Part shown: positions 1 through 9,679 of the stretch, piece after piece
Numbering within the stretch: the stretch's first letter is position 1
Layout: the number at the start of each line of letters is the position of its first letter
DNA from: Oligoflexales bacterium
GTDB taxonomy: Bacteria > Bdellovibrionota_B > Oligoflexia > Oligoflexales > CAIYRB01
Reading direction: 5' to 3'
Length of the DNA stretch: 44,616 nt
Assembly: GCA_041736175.1 (NCBI GenBank)
Contig: JBGSUI010000135.1
Span: 1 to 44,616, forward strand
Notes under the pieces: model-generated
Databases searched by the model: none
What the model saw: the letters and a program-made list of their open reading frames with translations, nothing else
Told to the model about the DNA's origin: nothing
Made by a program: the position numbers and the translations under genes

Positions 1-47
1 TTGTAAAGCCCTGATGGTAGAATAGTTCTGAATCGCCAATTTGGCCT

Positions 48-72
48 GCCTCACAATGAAGGACATTGTGGC
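48..72. terminator. Possible hairpin downstream of ubiD
   Basis: CACAATG-aagga-CATTGTG perfect 7-bp stem (52-70), ~75 nt past the ubiD stop; no clear U-tract. Confidence 0.25.
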
Positions 73-146
73 AACAACTAGAAGAGCTAAGAAAATGTAT
101 GGTTAAAAGCTTGTATGGTGGGCGGTTCCGTGATCAAAGCCGGTCG

Positions 147-2021
147 TCATAGACACTGGAGCACCCCATGGAGACTCCCCCCTTTGGCGCATAGACGATC
201 CACCCGACGGGTCACCGTAGGATCTTCGACCAGGGGCGGCGCATGGTGGGGTTTGAGGCGAGCATCGATCACAAGGGGCCCCTTGCAGCCCCAATGTTTA
301 AAGGTGACGGAGCTTGCCACTCCGTGGCAGTCGTGGGAAGGATTGCTGCGGGTAAAAGTCACCCAAACAAAATTAGCAAAGGATTGGGCGCAAAAAGCAC
401 TGTCGTCGCACACCACGATCAAAACAATATTTTGATTTGATGACTCCGAGGGATCTCGGTTGATCTGTCCCCAAAGCTCCCTGCAGAGTGGGTCGATATC
501 TTCGGTCCCATAGCTCTGAAAGGCAGGCCCTTCCAGGACAAGGACTCCAGGATGGGCTAGGCGCGGGTTTTTAAACCCGGCAGGTAGATTCCATGGTGGC
601 AGCGTCCTCCCTAAAGTCCGTCGCGTGGGTCCTTGGACGGCGATGACCAGTTTGGAGCCGCGGTTGATGGACTCCCCCGAATAATCAAGGGTGTCCATGG
701 TCGTGTGGGTATGAAAATGCAGATCATTGGTGAGATCCACTCGTTCGAGGAGATGGGTGAAAAACCCTGGGACATCGTGGGTGGTCACTCTGGGGGCATC
801 ATGGCCGTTCACAATAAAAAGATATTTAGCCAAGGAGCATTGGTTAAACCCCAAGATCCCATGGGCCTGGGTCAACAGCTCCTGAGGTCGACTGGATTTT
901 TGGTACGGCGTATACCGCTCCGAGCCGATGGCTAAGAGGAGGGGGTGGACCCCTGCGGCATCGACGGCATGGAGTTCCTTGACCCCAGGTAGGGAAACCG
1001 GGACCATCGGCCCCGTGATCTCATGGATCAGCTCCCCAAAGGTGGTGTCTTCCTGGGGAGGACGGCCTACGACGGTGAAGGGCCAGATGGCGCCGGGTCG
1101 GTGATAAACACGTTCGACTTTAAGGACCGGAAAATCGTGCTGGAGGCTGTAATATCCTAAATGATCGCCAAAAGGCCCTTCGGGTTTAGTACCGATGATG
1201 GTGCCGACGATACAAAAATCCGCATCGGCAGAGATGATATGGCCCCCATCCTGAACATAGCGAAATCGACGGCCACCAAGCATACCCGCAAAGATCAGCT
1301 CCGAAAGCCCCTCGGGAAGAGGCATAACAGCGGCCACGGTATGGGCTGGATGGCCGCCCACAAACAGACTCACTCTAAATGGTTTACCATCCTCGATGGC
1401 ATGGCTATGGTGGATTCCGATCCCACGGTGGAGTTGGTAGTGTATGCCCACCTCGTGGTTTGGTTCGTATTGATTGCCGCTGAGTTGCACGCGGTACATG
1501 CCCAGGTTGGTGCCCATAATCCCCGGACGCCGGCAGTCCTGGGACAAGATCTGGGGGAGAGTTATAAAAGGCCCGCCGTCCATAGGCCAACTTTTAATCA
1601 TAGGAAGCTGGTCAAGGCTCGTTTGGTGGGCCATCACCGGAGCACGCCGTGGGGAGATCCGCTGGGGAAGGGACGTTAAACCGGCAAAGGGTAGCCGCCC
1701 ATAGGAGCGGGGATTTTGCAAAAATCCGCGGGGAAGGTTTTTTAAAAATGCCCCAGGATCGGCTTTTAGTCTTACCGCGAGACTTACCAGATCGAGGGTC
1801 CTGCGAAAGATATAAGCTGTTCTTTGTTTTGTTCCAAAGAGGTTGCTGACACAGGGAAACTCTGTCCCGGCTACACGCTCAAACAGGATCGCCGGTGCTT
1901 TTTGGGCATAAGCCCGTCGCTGGATCTCGGCGATTTCCAGATCGGGGCTGACTTCTTCGCGCACGCGGACGAGGTGGCCTGCTTGTTCTAAGTCTTCAAG
2001 GCATGTCTTAAGGCTGTTCAT
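147..2021 (-). CDS. UbiD-family (prFMN-dependent) decarboxylase
   Basis: 624 aa; N-terminal EEVSPDLEIAEI, NLGMYRVQ, EGPFGDHLGYY catalytic motif, VVGRPPQED, WVTFTRSNPSHD. Confidence 0.9.
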   Translation of the reverse strand: MNSLKTCLEDLEQAGHLVRVREEVSPDLEIAEIQRRAYAQKAPAILFERVAGTEFPCVSNLFGTKQRTAYIFRRTLDLVSLAVRLKADPGAFLKNLPRGFLQNPRSYGRLPFAGLTSLPQRISPRRAPVMAHQTSLDQLPMIKSWPMDGGPFITLPQILSQDCRRPGIMGTNLGMYRVQLSGNQYEPNHEVGIHYQLHRGIGIHHSHAIEDGKPFRVSLFVGGHPAHTVAAVMPLPEGLSELIFAGMLGGRRFRYVQDGGHIISADADFCIVGTIIGTKPEGPFGDHLGYYSLQHDFPVLKVERVYHRPGAIWPFTVVGRPPQEDTTFGELIHEITGPMVPVSLPGVKELHAVDAAGVHPLLLAIGSERYTPYQKSSRPQELLTQAHGILGFNQCSLAKYLFIVNGHDAPRVTTHDVPGFFTHLLERVDLTNDLHFHTHTTMDTLDYSGESINRGSKLVIAVQGPTRRTLGRTLPPWNLPAGFKNPRLAHPGVLVLEGPAFQSYGTEDIDPLCRELWGQINRDPSESSNQNIVLIVVCDDSAFCAQSFANFVWVTFTRSNPSHDCHGVASSVTFKHWGCKGPLVIDARLKPHHAPPLVEDPTVTRRVDRLCAKGGSLHGVLQCL

Positions 2022-3144
2022 AAAGACCTTGGGGGGATTGGTCGCTCAACGATTCGATCCAGGTTTGTGGTATCAGCGTCGAGCGTTGGTTTAAGTGGCG
2101 GCAAAGGGCGACAAGATCTTGGGAAGATAAACTCTGTAAACAACCCAAGAGATCGGATAGGGGGACTGGAGTAGGTGAATTTGACCCTGTGGGTAATTTC
2201 CAATGGGCGCCTAGGTGGTGAAAAAATTTTCTCCACAGGGGCTCTGGATGCCAGTCCTGTTGGCGATCTGTCTCCCGGTCGGGGTGTGTAGGGTTGACTT
2301 GAATTTGCAAGATGCTCTCGGGTGCCCCTTGGCAGAGGAGGATTAAGACGACCGCTGTCCGTACATGAAAATCACGGAGATCCATGGAGACGGAGATCGT
2401 GTTGGAGCTTTGGTTGGAGAGGGAACAGCTGAAGTGATGGGCCAAAAAGCTGATCAAACAGCGCTGTTTTACTGCCCAAGATTTTTCCACGACCAGCCAG
2501 TCTTCGAGAGATGCGCCCACTCCCTCGGGAGATTTTGGGGCGACTATGGAGGCAGGAACGGTAAGTAGAGCGCTGCCACCACCGGGATAGTATGCTAACC
2601 AAGCTAGTGTTTGGGAAGAATCATAACCGATCACTCCCAGAGGGCCATCGTACCACACATGAGGTTCAGGAGGTCGAGGGTCTGGAAGTAGAGCCGTAGA
2701 AGGATTGGAGCCGACCAAAGACACGACGAGAGCTGCTGTTTTAACACCAAACTCCATGGTGAAGATCCGTCTTAAGTCTTGGGGATCAAAATCCCTATCC
2801 CAGGGTCGGGCCACAAAAATCACATTGGGGTAAATGTGGCCCTCTTGGGCATAACAATTGAGGACAGACTCCGGAACCAGCGCCCAAGAAATAAGTTCCG
2901 ACTGGGGCGTAATGATCTGGTCGGTTAAGGCTAAAATAGTTTGGCCTCGGTGCAGCTCAACCCTCCAGCGTCCACCAGGCTGGAAGGTGCCGATGCAGGT
3001 GGTGTGGCTCCCTACAGCGAGGGGGGCGGGTTGCCCCTCCCAGCGACTGAGAGCTAGAAAACTCCAAAGATCGTGGTTTTCCATAGGTGCGGTTATTTCT
3101 GCGCCCCTGGCTAAAACCATAAGTGTTGATTGCGATCGGTCCAT
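2008..3144 (-). CDS. Hypothetical protein
   Basis: 378-aa ORF, co-oriented with and overlapping the ubiD start by 14 nt; no motif recognised. Confidence 0.6.
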   Translation of the reverse strand: MDRSQSTLMVLARGAEITAPMENHDLWSFLALSRWEGQPAPLAVGSHTTCIGTFQPGGRWRVELHRGQTILALTDQIITPQSELISWALVPESVLNCYAQEGHIYPNVIFVARPWDRDFDPQDLRRIFTMEFGVKTAALVVSLVGSNPSTALLPDPRPPEPHVWYDGPLGVIGYDSSQTLAWLAYYPGGGSALLTVPASIVAPKSPEGVGASLEDWLVVEKSWAVKQRCLISFLAHHFSCSLSNQSSNTISVSMDLRDFHVRTAVVLILLCQGAPESILQIQVNPTHPDRETDRQQDWHPEPLWRKFFHHLGAHWKLPTGSNSPTPVPLSDLLGCLQSLSSQDLVALCRHLNQRSTLIPQTWIESLSDQSPQGLYEQP

Positions 3145-3184
3145 TTTTTCTATTTATACCGTGCGAATTTGTACCATCCACTTG

Positions 3185-3736
3185 CTACGTACTTTTAGCA
3201 AGGCGGGTTTGATAATCTTGTCTAAGTTTTGTAAGTAAGCGATCCATCCCATCAGCAAAGCGTTTTTTGTCTTGAGGATTCCAAGGCAGAGGGCCGCCGG
3301 TGATCTGGCCGCCACTCCGCAGCTCTTGCATTAGATTTCGCATGGCCAACTTTTCACCGATATTGGCTTGGTCCATAAGTTCGCCTCTCATGGAAAGGAC
3401 GATGGCCCCACGCTCAATAGCGCGGCCTGCGAGAGGGATATCTCCGGTGATCACCACGTCGCCGGCTCGGAGGTGGTCGACGATATAGTCGTCGGCAGCG
3501 TCGAATTTTCCGGAGACGACGACAGGCTCGATCCAGGGTCCCGGGACCTGTCCAGGGTGTCGATTGGCCACAAGAAACACTTTAAGCTGCCTCACCTTTG
3601 CACCTTGAAAGACCATATCTCTGACGATCCGTGGGCAACCGTCATTGTCAATCCATATGGATGGTGGCTGGAGTGGGTTTGTAGGAGGAGTTTCCAAGGG
3701 AGTCTCTGCATTGGTCTGGGGGTTTTTGGGATCCAA
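3185..3736 (-). CDS. YaiI/YqxD (DUF188) family protein
   Basis: IWIDNDGCP, DAADDYIV, VITGDIPLA, LAMRNLMQELR motifs typical of the family; start codon uncertain. Confidence 0.88.
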   Translation of the reverse strand: MDPKNPQTNAETPLETPPTNPLQPPSIWIDNDGCPRIVRDMVFQGAKVRQLKVFLVANRHPGQVPGPWIEPVVVSGKFDAADDYIVDHLRAGDVVITGDIPLAGRAIERGAIVLSMRGELMDQANIGEKLAMRNLMQELRSGGQITGGPLPWNPQDKKRFADGMDRLLTKLRQDYQTRLAKST

Positions 3737-3854
3737 ATAACCTTTGGAAAGGACTCAATTATCAAAGAAATGAGCGAGCTAGTGTAACATCTCTATTTTT
3801 TTCTTTCTAGATGCATTTAAGCTCAGGCCAGCTTCGGTAGGTATTGTACGACTT

Positions 3855-4012
3855 TGCGTTCGGGCGTAGCCCATTGGTGGGGAATGGCCGTGCCTGGTTT
3901 ATGCCACCCCCCCGCCATCGGGCAAGAGGAGTTTGCCGAGACCTAGAGACGCCGGGATCGCCACCAGCCAGACGAGCTCAAAGAGGGAACGCGCAGCGAC
4001 TCGGCGCGCGGC
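3855..4012. repeat. GC-rich intergenic segment with several short hairpins (REP/MITE-like or structured RNA)
   Basis: GGGC-gta-GCCC (3862-3872), CCATT-ggtgggg-AATGG, GGCAA-gaggagt-TTGCC (3921-3937); visibly more GC-rich than the flanks. Confidence 0.3.
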
Positions 4013-4017
4013 AATGT

Positions 4018-4902
4018 TCATTTCTTCATACCATCAACGATAATCTTTGTGACTTTTGCGTTTAATGATTGGTCCTTGAGAAACCGAATATGGCTGCTCA
4101 TTAGATCGTCTTTTTTCGAATTATATTTAATCTCCGTATCTTCTTTTAAAAGGGGCGATCCAATCGCCGAAGAATGGAGATAACTGGCTTCTGTTTGGTA
4201 AAAATTATGCCAGGAGCCACCAGCTCGTTGAGCGATAGTCTCGATGTCCTGGGGGCTAAAATCTTTAGGTGATTCTTGACAGGGGGTATCAAACTTCTTT
4301 TTTTCCATAGCTTCAATAAACTTACGTGGGGTACAGCCAACTCTGCTGATAGGATCCAGAGTGATCACGGAAGTGAGCGTTGCCTTTTTAGTGAGGTTTT
4401 GCGCCACTTTCATGGCGGTCCACCCTCCATAGGAATGTCCTAAGATAGCAACCTTAGGACGACGTAATGTTTCAAGCTTTGCATTGAGCTGATTGGTCAT
4501 TTCTTCTAGAGAGGTACGTGACACGCCTTTGTCTGGTTCAAAGGTACTTTTAAAATTGATTTCACTTACGGTGATTTCAGGAGTGTAGCAACTAAACCAT
4601 AGATTGGCGTTACCACCGACCTCTTTTTTCAAGGTATCGAGGTTTTTCGTTGCAATCTCGCTAATGGATCCCGCGGCATTGGAGGTATCAGTAGGGGACC
4701 ACTCGGCAAAGTTTTTTGATTTGGTGTTTGAACCGCAGCTCCAATATCCACCAAGGACCACGACCACTGGATCAAAGGTGTCTTCACTAAGGATCTCAGA
4801 CCCGGTGTTTTGAGATACGATCGAGCTATTTTTACATGCTGACAGGTGAAACGCGAGTCCAGCAACACAGAGTTTTGTCAGGGAATCGAAAAGGGTTGTC
4901 AT
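4018..4902 (-). CDS. Alpha/beta-hydrolase lipoprotein (lipase/esterase-like)
   Basis: GGAGG RBS before ATG at 4902; lipobox LSAC; nucleophile elbow GHSYGG; VITLDP. Confidence 0.85.
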   Translation of the reverse strand: MTTLFDSLTKLCVAGLAFHLSACKNSSIVSQNTGSEILSEDTFDPVVVVLGGYWSCGSNTKSKNFAEWSPTDTSNAAGSISEIATKNLDTLKKEVGGNANLWFSCYTPEITVSEINFKSTFEPDKGVSRTSLEEMTNQLNAKLETLRRPKVAILGHSYGGWTAMKVAQNLTKKATLTSVITLDPISRVGCTPRKFIEAMEKKKFDTPCQESPKDFSPQDIETIAQRAGGSWHNFYQTEASYLHSSAIGSPLLKEDTEIKYNSKKDDLMSSHIRFLKDQSLNAKVTKIIVDGMKK

Positions 4903-4958
4903 ATAGTCCTCCAATGAATATTTGAGTTGGAACAGGTAAAGACTGATGCTCAAAACGC

Positions 4959-4975
4959 AGCAAGGAATATGCCAA
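4959..4975 (-). promoter_or_regulatory. Sigma54 (-24/-12) promoter for the hydrolase gene
   Basis: Minus strand TTGGCATATTCCTTGCT, GG-N10-GC spacing, ~57 nt upstream of the ATG. Confidence 0.7.
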
Positions 4976-5092
4976 TCAAGATCAAATCAGACTTGCCCGA
5001 ATTCTTTGGCTTTTCACGGACTCCCAACACACCACATCGCTAGATCCTAGGCAGTGGAGAGCTGGCGTGTGTCTAGGCTATGTTCGATGCTA

Positions 5093-5641
5093 TTAGGTTC
5101 GAGTGGCACCGGGAGTGGCTAGGATCACTTCCTTGATGGCCTGGTGGTATCGCTTGTACCCTGAACACCGACAAATATGATCCCCAAGATGCTCCTCGAT
5201 TACCTGGTCCACCTGATGTTTAGAAATCGGCTGAGCCTTGAGGCTGTCGATTAGGATATAAGCTCCCATGAGAAACCCAGGAGCTGAATAACCGCATTGG
5301 AAACTAAAGTGTCTTAAGAATGCTGATTGCAGAGGGTGGAGGGCCTCTTGGGTCGGGGAGGAAGCTAAACCTTCCACTGTTGTTATGCTGCCACCCTCTA
5401 CGACAGAGGCAGGAGTGATACATGCTTGGATTCGGTCTAAACGGCGTGCCCCAGGCCTTTGAAAAGCCACGGTGCAAGCCTTACAAACACCCATCCCGCA
5501 GCATACTTTCGTCCCAGAAAGTCCCAGCTCTTCTTGGAGCAACTCTGCGACGGTAAGGTCCGGGGAGATCTGTATATGGTTCACTTTGCCGTTAACAGTG
5601 ATCGTGATCGGCACTGAAGTGGAAAGAACCGTGGTGGTCAT
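5093..5641 (-). CDS. (2Fe-2S)-binding small subunit of a xanthine dehydrogenase/aldehyde oxidoreductase-family enzyme
   Basis: GTKVCCGMGVCKAC, ACITP, TTVEGL, QCGYSAPG, HICRCSGY; ATGA overlap with the large subunit. Confidence 0.92.
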   Translation of the reverse strand: MTTTVLSTSVPITITVNGKVNHIQISPDLTVAELLQEELGLSGTKVCCGMGVCKACTVAFQRPGARRLDRIQACITPASVVEGGSITTVEGLASSPTQEALHPLQSAFLRHFSFQCGYSAPGFLMGAYILIDSLKAQPISKHQVDQVIEEHLGDHICRCSGYKRYHQAIKEVILATPGATRT

Positions 5642-8436
5642 AGGAGTCCCTTTTTTAAGTCTTCCGCACTCACAGGAAGTTTGCGAATTCGACTCCCCGT
5701 GGCATGGGCGATGGCATTAGCGATGGCAGGAGGTACAGCGTTTAAGACGACCTCGGCCATCCCTTTTGGATCCTCGTTAGGTTCTGCATTGAGGGTTGTA
5801 AACTTGGTCTGTGAAAGAGCGCAATGGCGCGCAAGAGGGACCTGGTAGCGATGGAGATTCCATCCGCCCTGGCCAGGGCCATCGGGGGCCGGCGCGAAAT
5901 CTTCCAACAGTGTTTGACCGATCCCCATGGCAAAGGCCCCTTCCATTTGACCCTCGACGATATCCTGTTGAATAACGGTGCCGCATTCCAGGTAGCCCTC
6001 TGCAGCCACGATCTTGATAGCACCCTGTTGGGGGCCCGCTGACCGTTGGACTTCCACGGCCACCACTAATCCATAGGGTGTGTAGCGGTTAGCCCCTTGC
6101 ATCAGGGTAGCAAAGGGAGGAAACTCGACTCCTTGGCGGTCTACGACCTGGTAGGAATGCTTGCCATTTTTAAGGGCTAAGGCATCGATGGGGATCTGGA
6201 TCGACCTTTGTTTGGCGGTTTTGTCAGAGTCCTTAGGGGGAGACGAAGGGGTGGATTCTGCCATCACCAGGGAAAAGGTCCCTTGGGCCCACTGACTACG
6301 GTAAAAACTATGAACCATGACTCCCGTGATGCCATCAACCTTATAGATATGTTTAACCAACTCGTTCCAAGTCAGAGGGCGATAGCCCTGATAGGTGAGA
6401 AGGCCCTTTTTCCAAAGGACCTCTTTAGGTACCTCTGTTTGGGTCGAGCTGGGGATCCCCCAAAGGGCACGGGCTGCGGGCCAAATACTAAACTGAAATA
6501 TAATTTTGGCAGCTTCGACGACAGGATGGCGCATCTGGTAGGCCCCCGCACTCGCCGCCGTTGACATAGAGCGACTCGGAACCCAACGGGGATTTTTGGC
6601 CAGCCGATCCTGGTCGATTTGGTCCTTAGCCTTAGGACCTTCGAGACTAAGGGGTGTAAAGTGGTCCGTATCTCCCATGATCACAGCATCCGCGGCTCTG
6701 CCTAAGATATCAAACAGAGCTAGTGGCAGTGTGGTGGCCGTGCCGTTGCCCATATCGACGCTATGGGTGCTTAGGGTGATGGCGCCTTCCTCAGCGATGG
6801 TGATTGATGCGAGGCAGGTGTCACCGGGGCTTTTGCCGTATGATTTAACAGCTAAGGCCATCCCCACGCCGTAGAGTTTATCGGCTGTGGATTTTTGCAG
6901 TTGGTCATTGTGTCGGTTTTTCCATAGGGAGGACTCCTGGATTTTTTCGAGGACCCGACGAGATGGAATCTTATGGGCAGGAACCACTCCGGTATGCATC
7001 GGTTTATGATCAGGGACCAGATTTTTAAGTCTAAAATCCACGGGGTCCAGTTTGAGATCTGAGGCGATTTCGTCGACCAAACATTCGAGGGCAAACTGTG
7101 CTTGGAGACTCCCATACCCTCGCATCGAGCCTGCGGGGACCGACTGGCTTGGACGGGCCTCACTTTCTACGAGAGACCTTGCAAAATCGTAGGCCCCCGT
7201 CATATTGCGAGCTCCCACGTTTTGGACGGCAAAACTATAGTTGTTTTGACCGCCCCCATCCAGCAATGTGGTCGAATGAATCGCCTCTAGTTTTCCAAAT
7301 CTCTCAGGGGTTTGATTGACCGCAAGGGTCAGAGCGCATTGGGAGGCATGCCGTTTGAGTCCAGCTTGGAATTGATCGCTTCTAGAATAAACAATCCTTT
7401 GTGTTGTATCTGGCTGTAGCACAGACGCCAGGGCCAACAGGATCGGAAATTCAGAAAGATCCCTGCCTCCAAATCCGCCTCCAGGTTGGCATACATTGAG
7501 CTGAATCTTGGTTATTTTAGGTGCGTTTTCGCCACTGAGGAGGCTTAGGATCCCATCCAGGTCATCCTGGGGGGACTGGGTCCCATAGGTTAGGGATAAC
7601 TTTTTTGTCTTGGAGTCATACCATCCCAGCCCGCATTCGGGCTCCATAAACATAGGGTCTACGCTTTGGGTTTCAAAGGATCTTTGGTAGATCCGCCAGT
7701 TTTTGTTTAGACTCGATCCTGTGGATTCTTTCTTGGGGTCGAAAGTGAGTTCTTGACGGATTTTGTTTGCGAGATCGTCGGCGTTTTTTGCGGCGGCTCC
7801 CGTATCTCCTAAGTAATTGACGAATTTGCTGGTACCAAAGGGGGGCCGAGGGTCAGCCACGGGGCTTGATGATGCCCCGTATTGGACAAACGAGTTGAGG
7901 GAGTTAAGGTCTGCCAAAAGAGGTTTAGCTTTGCGGTAGGCAGCGAGATCCCTAAAAAAGAGGATGGCCAGAGGTTGGCCAAAATAGAGGGGGTGACCAC
8001 CGATGGAGACAAAGGGTGAGGGTGTCCAATAGGGCAAAGGCGCTTTAAGGTTCCAAGGAGCTAAATCCCCACTGGTGATTATGGGATCACAGCCTAGCTT
8101 GTCCCTAAGAGCGGAGGAGTTGAGCCTCAGGAAAGGACGATCACACTTGGTAGCTCTTAGGATATGGGCAAATCCCTCCGTCTGGGGCCAGCCGACCAGG
8201 TCTTTGGCGCGAAAATCCCGACCGTAGACTTTTGATCCCAGGACCTTTGCTGGACCGTCAAATCGGTAAACCGCTTTGCCATGGGCATCAATCCAGGAAT
8301 TGCCGAGGGTTTTTGAATGTTGTCCCTGGGCCTGATCACCCCCAACCCATGCAGAAGTCTGCTGGATAACGACTAGGACAGTGGTTCCCAGGGTGGTTTG
8401 TTTGATAAATTGGCGCCTCGATGGCTGCTCTCCCAT
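5638..8436 (-). CDS. Xanthine dehydrogenase-family molybdopterin-binding subunit, Tat-exported
   Basis: GGAGA RBS before ATG at 8436; twin-arginine SRRQFIK; PGGGFGGR, SMRGYG, VDMGNG, EGQMEG, PKGMAE. Confidence 0.92.
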   Translation of the reverse strand: MGEQPSRRQFIKQTTLGTTVLVVIQQTSAWVGGDQAQGQHSKTLGNSWIDAHGKAVYRFDGPAKVLGSKVYGRDFRAKDLVGWPQTEGFAHILRATKCDRPFLRLNSSALRDKLGCDPIITSGDLAPWNLKAPLPYWTPSPFVSIGGHPLYFGQPLAILFFRDLAAYRKAKPLLADLNSLNSFVQYGASSSPVADPRPPFGTSKFVNYLGDTGAAAKNADDLANKIRQELTFDPKKESTGSSLNKNWRIYQRSFETQSVDPMFMEPECGLGWYDSKTKKLSLTYGTQSPQDDLDGILSLLSGENAPKITKIQLNVCQPGGGFGGRDLSEFPILLALASVLQPDTTQRIVYSRSDQFQAGLKRHASQCALTLAVNQTPERFGKLEAIHSTTLLDGGGQNNYSFAVQNVGARNMTGAYDFARSLVESEARPSQSVPAGSMRGYGSLQAQFALECLVDEIASDLKLDPVDFRLKNLVPDHKPMHTGVVPAHKIPSRRVLEKIQESSLWKNRHNDQLQKSTADKLYGVGMALAVKSYGKSPGDTCLASITIAEEGAITLSTHSVDMGNGTATTLPLALFDILGRAADAVIMGDTDHFTPLSLEGPKAKDQIDQDRLAKNPRWVPSRSMSTAASAGAYQMRHPVVEAAKIIFQFSIWPAARALWGIPSSTQTEVPKEVLWKKGLLTYQGYRPLTWNELVKHIYKVDGITGVMVHSFYRSQWAQGTFSLVMAESTPSSPPKDSDKTAKQRSIQIPIDALALKNGKHSYQVVDRQGVEFPPFATLMQGANRYTPYGLVVAVEVQRSAGPQQGAIKIVAAEGYLECGTVIQQDIVEGQMEGAFAMGIGQTLLEDFAPAPDGPGQGGWNLHRYQVPLARHCALSQTKFTTLNAEPNEDPKGMAEVVLNAVPPAIANAIAHATGSRIRKLPVSAEDLKKGLL

Positions 8437-8600
8437 AGGAATTCTCCAAAGTTGAGAAGAGACGAATAGTGGGAATCTTGGCATAATAATAAAAATATCA
8501 CAATCTGTTCATGGGTACTGGATGGTTAGCTGCGTTACCTGCCGCAGTCTATTTTTGGTCTAAAGATTTAGACCATTTTAAATGCATTAAAAACAATCGG

Positions 8601-9488
8601 TTAAGGAAGATCGTCACGGGGCTTCTTTTTAGCCAAAAACGCCTGGGTTTTTTCTCGATGGAGTGGATTGCCCCAAATCTCGCTAAAAAGCTCGGTTTCT
8701 ACCGCACGGTGAGTGCCCGGTGGATTCATTTTAGCTGCATAAAGCATTGATTTTTGGGCGGCAAAGGCTGCGGGATACCATTGGCTGATCCGCTGGGACC
8801 AGTTATCGACGAGATACCATAAACTTTCGCTTGTTTGTGACATTTCGTGAATAAACCCCCACTCTAAGGCTATGGCGGCGTTGACGGTTTGCATTCCATA
8901 GAGGATTTTTTCGGTGCGACTGATCCCCACAAGAGAGACCAAGCGACTGGCACCACCAAAGCCTGTGGTAAGTCCTAACGAACCTTGCTTAAAGACCCAT
9001 TGGCTGCAAGCAGTGGCTAGACGAATATCGCCACTTAAGGAAAACTCAGCCCCGCCGCCAATGGCGAGACCATCCACCGCCATGATCACGGCTCCGGGCC
9101 GCTGCTCAACCCAGCGTTGGAATCCATGAACTTGGCTTACATAGTCTTTGACCTCGGCTTTGGTCCTTAATCGATCAAGCTCCCTAAGGTCACCGCCCGC
9201 AATCCAAGTAGGCGGCTCTGGTGAGTCATGCTCCGGTGGATTTTCAAAACTTTCTTTTGTTTCCATCCTATGGCGAACGCGAACGATAGGAGCGGCGGTA
9301 ATCACCAAGGTCTTGTGGGGACCAGTCTTGGGGATCAGTCGATGAAGCTGGCCAATGATGGTGGGACCTATCCCATTCCCCCTCTCGGGTCTATGGATCG
9401 TCCAAAGGTCAAACAAAGAGTGGCGTTCATAGCGAATCATCTCCGCTTCCTCTCGGTGGTTCGTCATAGAGCGCAGCCCTCTCAGCAT
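8601..9488 (-). CDS. Enoyl-CoA hydratase/isomerase (crotonase) family protein
   Basis: TIHRPERGN, IAGGDL, AVDGLAIGGGAEF, DIRLA, ALEWGFI; start uncertain. Confidence 0.85.
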   Translation of the reverse strand: MLRGLRSMTNHREEAEMIRYERHSLFDLWTIHRPERGNGIGPTIIGQLHRLIPKTGPHKTLVITAAPIVRVRHRMETKESFENPPEHDSPEPPTWIAGGDLRELDRLRTKAEVKDYVSQVHGFQRWVEQRPGAVIMAVDGLAIGGGAEFSLSGDIRLATACSQWVFKQGSLGLTTGFGGASRLVSLVGISRTEKILYGMQTVNAAIALEWGFIHEMSQTSESLWYLVDNWSQRISQWYPAAFAAQKSMLYAAKMNPPGTHRAVETELFSEIWGNPLHREKTQAFLAKKKPRDDLP

Positions 9489-9679
9489 GGGAAGGGAATT
9501 TAAGAAAAATCTTATAAAACTGATTCCTATATTTAACTATACCTAGTTAAGTGGCAATGGTAGTTTTGGTATCTCCCCCTAGAGAACCCATATGGAGTAT
9601 CATGGAAGGGGATAGGAGTTGATTCGAATGCTGCGAGACCCTTGCAGTTGATTGATAGCAGCACTTTCGGGAAGGATGT

